From Nitrospinota bacterium (GTDB lineage Bacteria; Nitrospinota; Nitrospinia; Nitrospinales; VA-1), in the NCBI GenBank assembly GCA_038108555.1, contig JAYNIA010000006.1, positions 1-64,000 of the forward strand: a DNA stretch of 64,000 nucleotides. The letters run 5' to 3'. Position numbers and translations under genes: made by a program. Positions within the stretch are counted from its first letter, which is position 1; each line of letters begins with the position of its first letter. Below, in pieces: positions 58,575 to 64,000 of the stretch. Below the pieces are notes generated by a model. The model worked only from the letters and a program-made list of their open reading frames with translations. It searched no databases and was not told where the DNA came from.

Positions 58575-59537
58575 TCAAGACTCCTCAGTCTTGGAGGCAA
58601 TCACAAACAAATTGAAACCATAGCCGGCAATGTCAAACAAGGGACCGAGGTAGGTAAGCGGATTTAAAGTATTTTTTATGTCTCTTTTTGCAGACCGAAG
58701 AAACCGATTTGCCAGGTCTTTGGGTTTTTCTGATTTGTCGTAGGGGATAAATCCCTTTGATTCCAAAAGTCCTTTTCTGGCTTTGTTTGTCTTCGTTGAA
58801 ACAACTTTAAACCCTGCCTTCTTGAGCAAGTTGTTTAAACTTGCCCCGGAAAAAAAATAAAAATGTTGCAGGATTTTATAACCCGTCCATTTTTCTTTTA
58901 GAAGGATGGCGTTCTTGACATTGGGTGTCCACATTACCAAAAGACCCCCGGGCTTCATTACTCGATTAATTTTTTTTAAACTTTCGAGAGGATTCCGCAG
59001 GTGTTCAATGAGGTCCCATAGAGTGACGACATCAAACATTTTTGGGTCATAATCAAGGGAATCATCCAAAGATTCCAGTCGTATGCTTTCCAGTGCAAAG
59101 TGTTCCCGGGCATATTTAATATATTCTGGAAGAATCTCTAATCCATGGCAGTCCCAGCCTCTTTCTTTTGCGCAATTTAAAAAGAACCCCGCACCACATC
59201 CTATATCGAGTAAGGTTCCCTTTTGAGGGTAATGGTTTTCAATTAAACTCAGCCGTGAGTTATAAAGTTTTGAGTAGGATTTGATACGCTTTTGGCGTTC
59301 GAGAATATAATTGGAGTGAATTCCCGATTCATTATCATTTCCCGTCATTTCTTTCTGGTAGTTGTTTTTCATCTCTTCTACGGAGGGGAGGGGATTCACA
59401 AACTCCAAATGGCAATCCTTGCAGCGAACAACGATGGTATTATCATTCCGAATGCAGACCGGGTCAAAATTCAATGATCCGCAGCAAATACATGGAATCC
59501 GATCACTTTTTGAAGATTCGAAAGCCGAGAGTAGCAT
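58575..59537 (-). CDS. Class I SAM-dependent methyltransferase with an N-terminal CxxC/CxxC zinc-ribbon-like region
   Basis: CICC...CKDC, LLDIGCGAG, FDVVTLWDLIEHL, KPGG...TPN. Confidence 0.85.
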   Translation of the reverse strand: MLLSAFESSKSDRIPCICCGSLNFDPVCIRNDNTIVVRCKDCHLEFVNPLPSVEEMKNNYQKEMTGNDNESGIHSNYILERQKRIKSYSKLYNSRLSLIENHYPQKGTLLDIGCGAGFFLNCAKERGWDCHGLEILPEYIKYAREHFALESIRLESLDDSLDYDPKMFDVVTLWDLIEHLRNPLESLKKINRVMKPGGLLVMWTPNVKNAILLKEKWTGYKILQHFYFFSGASLNNLLKKAGFKVVSTKTNKARKGLLESKGFIPYDKSEKPKDLANRFLRSAKRDIKNTLNPLTYLGPLFDIAGYGFNLFVIASKTEES

Positions 59538-59746
59538 TCTAACTGTCCTTTATAGTGTGCTGGCCAAGGTTTGCGGCTTTAAGGGAGAAATTATTAACTC
59601 TGGAAATTAACAGGAAAATGGAGACAGAATCAGAGGTATGGTAGGCCATTTATTTCCTGTTTGCAATATTCAATGAAAGGCCTCAATGTGTGGTGTGTAA
59701 ATGGTACAATTTATTGTTTAATTAACCCTGAAACTAGAGGTTGAAT

Positions 59747-61183
59747 ATGACTAAAGCCGCATTTACTCCTAACGCAGGTGACAGCATTGTGGTTCGGTTA
59801 AAAATTGAAGGTCAGGCAAAAATTCTCCCTTTGGTAATGACTGAAATCGGCAGCCTTGAAGGACATATTGGCGCGGTGGATATTGTTCGGCCTCTTAAAA
59901 ATGGGGGTTCCATTCGGGATATCAGTATTTATACATCAGGGGTTGAGCACGGAGAAAAAATTGTAGAAGCCATAGGAAAAATTTCCGGAGTGGAGGTGGT
60001 TCAACATTCGGACAGGACATTTTTGGTTCACCTGGGTGGCAAAGTGGATGTTTCTTCAAGGAAGGAATTAAAAACCCGCGATGATCTTTCCATGGCATAT
60101 ACACCAGGGGTTGGCAGGGTTTGCATGGCGATCCATAAAAAACCTGAAGATGTTTATAAGTTAACTATTAAAGGAAATACGGTTGCCATTGTTACCGATG
60201 GGACTGCTGTTTTAGGATTGGGAGATATTGGTCCTGAGGCTGCCATGCCGGTGATGGAAAGAAAGGCAATGTTGTTTAAGGAGTTTGCAGGTGTCGATGC
60301 ATTTCCAATTTGTTTAAATTCGAAATCAACCGATGAAATTGTCCAGGTGGTTAAGGCAATTGCTCCAGGCTTTGGCGGAGTCAACCTGGAAGACATTGCT
60401 GCGCCACAATGTTTTGAAATTGAAAAACGGCTTCAGGAAGAATTGGATATTCCCGTTTTTCATGACGATCAACATGGAACCGCAGTAGTAGTTTCGGCAG
60501 CATTGATTAACGCTTTAAAGTATTTAGGAAAAAGCCATGACAAAGCAAAGGTTGTAGTTCTTGGTGCGGGGGCAGCTGGCACGGCTTGTACAAAAATGAT
60601 CAAGCAACTGAAAATAGAGAATATTGTCGTTTGTGACCGGAAAGGTGCTATCAATAAATCCAGGGGTGATTTGAATGAAGCCAAGCAATGGTTTGCTGAA
60701 AACACCAACCCGGAGGGGTTGTCCGGCAAGTTAGGTGAGGTTATTGAAGATGCGGATCTCTTTCTGGGAGTTTCGGGTCCAGGACAGTTAACGGTTGAGG
60801 ACTTAAAAAAAATGGCAAAGGATCCTGTGGTATTTGCTTTGGCAAACCCGATTCCGGAAATTTTACCGGAGGAAGCGGCACCTTATGTGGCGATCATGGC
60901 CACAGGCCGCAGTGATTATCCTAATCAGATAAATAATGTCCTTTGTTTTCCAGGACTTTTTCGTGGCGCTTTGGATTGTATGGCCACCCAAATTAATGAA
61001 GAAATGAAAATGGCCGCAGCGCAGGCCATAGCAGAATGTATTTCAACGGAATGTTTGCAACCCGATTATATTATTCCCAGCGTTTTCGATACCAATGTTG
61101 TTAATAAGGTTGCTGAGGCAGTAATAAAAGCCGCGCGAGAATCGGGCGTTTCCCGAAGTCGAGGTAGAAAGAAATTCGAATAA
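59747..61183 (+). CDS. NAD(P)-dependent malic enzyme with an N-terminal ACT-like domain
   Basis: DLSMAYTPGV, VTDGTAVLGLGDIG, VNLEDI, FHDDQHGTA, GAGAAG, ALANP, TGRSDYPNQINNVL. Confidence 0.92.
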   Translation: MTKAAFTPNAGDSIVVRLKIEGQAKILPLVMTEIGSLEGHIGAVDIVRPLKNGGSIRDISIYTSGVEHGEKIVEAIGKISGVEVVQHSDRTFLVHLGGKVDVSSRKELKTRDDLSMAYTPGVGRVCMAIHKKPEDVYKLTIKGNTVAIVTDGTAVLGLGDIGPEAAMPVMERKAMLFKEFAGVDAFPICLNSKSTDEIVQVVKAIAPGFGGVNLEDIAAPQCFEIEKRLQEELDIPVFHDDQHGTAVVVSAALINALKYLGKSHDKAKVVVLGAGAAGTACTKMIKQLKIENIVVCDRKGAINKSRGDLNEAKQWFAENTNPEGLSGKLGEVIEDADLFLGVSGPGQLTVEDLKKMAKDPVVFALANPIPEILPEEAAPYVAIMATGRSDYPNQINNVLCFPGLFRGALDCMATQINEEMKMAAAQAIAECISTECLQPDYIIPSVFDTNVVNKVAEAVIKAARESGVSRSRGRKKFE

Positions 61184-61313
61184 CATTATTTTGATTAGTA
61201 TTTATTGATACAATCTGTGTGGTACCCTTATACAAGTTTCACCTTTAATTTTTCTGCGGATAATCTGGTCTGATTTGCTCTCCAGGGTTTAACATTTCAT
61301 TTTCCCAACATGT

Positions 61314-63704
61314 ATGAAATTTCTTCTTAGTTGGTGTTTTAAAAATATTACAAAAAAATTTCCTGGAACGGTTCTTCTCTTTGCTTTAATTTTAAGTGGA
61401 TTCTCCATTTATTTGGCGGCAGATTTAAAATTCAATCCTAAAATGGATAACCTGCTTCCTCAGGATCTCCCTTTGATCGAGGAGTTTAATGAGGTTGTCA
61501 AAAAAACAGGGGGATCAGGACCTCTAGTTGTTGTGCTGGAAAATCTGGATCCCATTCAAGATTCCGAGGTTATAGATCATCTGGCTGGATTGTTCCGAAA
61601 GATTCCTGGAACACAGTTTGTAGACTCCGAAATTCCAAAAAAATATTTAAAAAACAAACAGCTCCTTTTAATCCCTCGTCAGGATTTGGCGGCATTGGAA
61701 ATTTTAATGGCAGAAGCCATCGATTATGCCCGGGGTCAGTTCGGGGGATTTTTGGAGGAGGAAGCATTTAATCCGGTAAAGCTGCGGAAACTGGCAAAAG
61801 ATTACCAGATTTTTGATGAAATCGAACCGTATCACAAGGGGAAGCAGAAGAATAATTATTATATTTTTATAAAGGCCAGGGGGACGGTTACCGACACGGA
61901 CTTTACCGAAAATTTTATAACCCAGGTCCAGGAGGTGATCGATAAAAGCGGTCTTGAAGAAAAGTACAAGGGACTCAAAATAAAACTTACGGGTTCGATG
62001 ATTGTTCGCTTGGAAGAGAATGAGTTCATCCAAACTGATTTGAAAAATGCTGCGATGATAGCTGCCGTTCTCGCAATGTCCATCATTTTTATTTATACCC
62101 GTTCCTGGTTTTCCATCCCCCTTATTATTTTCCCTCTCCTTTTATCTTTAACTTACACTTTTGCTTTTACCCGCTTGTTAATTGGGCATCTGAATATTAT
62201 TTCCGGATTTCTTGTTGCGATTTTAATGGGATTGGGAATTGATTATGGAATCCATTTGTACATCCGTTTCAAGCAGGAACTGTTGAAACAGAAACCTATT
62301 CCAGAAGCTGTCGAAGTGGTGGTGACCCAGGTGGGCCGGTCTGGCTTGATTGCCATGCTCACAACCATGAGCGTATTTTCAATCCTCAGCTTTTCAGATT
62401 TTCAGGGGTTTTCCGAGTTCGGCCAAATAGCTACCCTGGGAATTGTATGTGCATTCATCACATACTATTTTGTTTTTCCGGCTCAGGCTCTTTTTTACGA
62501 CAAAATTCATTGGCTGGGTAAACCCAAACCTCGGCTTTTTAGTCTGAAAATAGCCAATCTTTATGCTGCAACACCCTTTTATCTTTCCATGTTTTTTGTC
62601 ATGCTTTTGATATTCAGTTTGTTTCTCTTGCCAGGTGTTGAGTTTGAATATGATTTCCAGAAATTAAGAGGAGAATCACCCGCCAGCGATTATGAAACGG
62701 AGACAACCGATGATTTCGGTCTGGCATTTTCACCCACGGTAATTTTGACCCCTGAAAAAGAGAACCTTTATTATATCCATGATGCTTTAGAAGAAATAAA
62801 AAGGGAAGGTGGAGAAAAAACGGTCATAGGAATTCAGTACTCCCTGAATTTGTTTAGCAAAAAGGAATATGAATCAAAAAAGGAAATCATTTCACGGATA
62901 CGTAATAACTTTGAAGAAAATAAAGACATCATTCGGTTTTCGCTAGGAAAGGAGAGATTTCGAAAATTTGAACAACTTTTGAACGTGAAACCGTTTGATG
63001 ATGCACAAGTACCCACAAGTCTTCAGAAAAAACTGAAGGCAGGAGAAGACTATCTGCTTCTCCTTTTTTCACCGGCAGACAAAAACTTCTTCCGCGTTGA
63101 GAATATTTATCAACTGGAAAGGGAGGTCAAAGCGTTAAAGGAAAGATTGAAAGAGGAAAATATCAAAACAGCCATCTTGAATGAAAATTTAATTGCTGCC
63201 AAAGTTTTGGATTGGGTTAAAGAAAAAGGTCCCAAAGCCATGATCGTAGCATTTGGACTGGTGTTTTTTATTCTTTTAGTCGACTTGCAAAGTATCAGGT
63301 TGGCTTTAATAACCTTTTTGCCCTTGTTTACCGGGCTTGCTTTGACCGGTGCTTTGATGTCTGTCTTTAATGTTCGATTGAACTTTATAAATATTGTAAT
63401 GCTCCCATCAATTGTTGGAATTATGATCGACCATTGTATTTATCTCAGTCATCATATTCTGGATTACTCTAAAGGTGCTTCTCTAAAATCATTGAAGGAA
63501 ACCGGGAGTGCCATTATCTTATCGGCCTTGACAAGCCTCGCGGGATATGCCAGTTTAAATATTGCACACCATGCAGGAATAAATTCAATAGCAACCGTTG
63601 TTGAGTTGGGGATAATTACCTGTACCGTTTGCGCGCTTTTCATGCTTCCAGCACTTTTTGAATTTGGAAAAAGAAAATTTGCCTTTGTCCATCCTGAAAA
63701 ATGA
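61314..63704 (+). CDS. MMPL/RND-family lipid transporter (HpnN-like)
   Basis: Two MMPL repeats with GLGIDYGIHL and GIMIDHCIYL, large periplasmic loops. Confidence 0.82.
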   Translation: MKFLLSWCFKNITKKFPGTVLLFALILSGFSIYLAADLKFNPKMDNLLPQDLPLIEEFNEVVKKTGGSGPLVVVLENLDPIQDSEVIDHLAGLFRKIPGTQFVDSEIPKKYLKNKQLLLIPRQDLAALEILMAEAIDYARGQFGGFLEEEAFNPVKLRKLAKDYQIFDEIEPYHKGKQKNNYYIFIKARGTVTDTDFTENFITQVQEVIDKSGLEEKYKGLKIKLTGSMIVRLEENEFIQTDLKNAAMIAAVLAMSIIFIYTRSWFSIPLIIFPLLLSLTYTFAFTRLLIGHLNIISGFLVAILMGLGIDYGIHLYIRFKQELLKQKPIPEAVEVVVTQVGRSGLIAMLTTMSVFSILSFSDFQGFSEFGQIATLGIVCAFITYYFVFPAQALFYDKIHWLGKPKPRLFSLKIANLYAATPFYLSMFFVMLLIFSLFLLPGVEFEYDFQKLRGESPASDYETETTDDFGLAFSPTVILTPEKENLYYIHDALEEIKREGGEKTVIGIQYSLNLFSKKEYESKKEIISRIRNNFEENKDIIRFSLGKERFRKFEQLLNVKPFDDAQVPTSLQKKLKAGEDYLLLLFSPADKNFFRVENIYQLEREVKALKERLKEENIKTAILNENLIAAKVLDWVKEKGPKAMIVAFGLVFFILLVDLQSIRLALITFLPLFTGLALTGALMSVFNVRLNFINIVMLPSIVGIMIDHCIYLSHHILDYSKGASLKSLKETGSAIILSALTSLAGYASLNIAHHAGINSIATVVELGIITCTVCALFMLPALFEFGKRKFAFVHPEK

Positions 63705-63930
63705 TTTTCTCCTTTCTGGCGATAGTATGAAAAATTAGAACCTTCCTGTCTGATTTTTTTTCAGATTTGCCAAATGCAATTATTTGTAACGGGGATAACC
63801 ATTGAAAGCTTGCCCTTTATTCTATTGAAGGTCCGAGTGAGAATTTGGCACAAAGTTTGCTCATAATAGTTTGAGCGAATTTGATTTATTAGGACCCCTA
63901 ATCGAGTCTCCCCTTTTGAATGGCCTGAAA

Positions 63931-64000
63931 ATGATTGACCCTAAACCGGAAAAACTGGATAAAAAGGCAAATTTCTACAAAGTTTTAAATGAATATTTGG
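63931..64000 (+). CDS. Possible start of a CDS running off the window
   Basis: ATG at 63931, open to the end (MIDPKPEKLDKKANFYKVLNEYL). Confidence 0.3.
   Translation, partial: MIDPKPEKLDKKANFYKVLNEYL

Noticed and set aside
59609..59660. Imperfect inverted repeat AACAGGAAAATGG...CCATTATTTCCTGTT upstream of the malic enzyme gene as a riboswitch
   Set aside because: AT-rich bulged stem with a long loop and no recognisable aptamer consensus.

Overview
AT-rich bacterial chromosomal window, densely coding, with no rRNA, CRISPR array, integrase or transposase visible. Positions 1-27 kb hold a mosaic, strand-switching surface-glycan region: formyltransferase, two nucleotide-sugar dehydrogenases, a WbpB-WbpD-like fusion, an FnlA-like dehydratase, epimerases, Wzx, ManC, rfbBAD, GT2s and a WecA-like transferase. 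It is interrupted by lhgO, a nonsense-disrupted HDOD gene and a DnaJ-MORN gene. Next come an FGE-like secreted protein, an acyl-CoA ligase, an RND pump and tRNA-Ala(GGC) with an AT-rich accessory stretch behind it. The last part has a glycogen cluster (glgB, GH57, malQ, glgP), transporters, a cold-shock gene, an ACT-malic enzyme and an MMPL/HpnN-like transporter. The best candidate for an undescribed system is three GT-C-type membrane glycosyltransferases fused to C-terminal TPRs, two with clear TMTC-like motifs, each beside lipid-carrier or sugar-handling genes; this suggests periplasmic protein glycosylation. A second hypothesis is that LhgO recycles 2-hydroxyglutarate made by the WbpB-like enzyme. 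All family calls come from motif recognition, not database searches. The host resembles Nitrospinota in my impression, but this cannot be established here.
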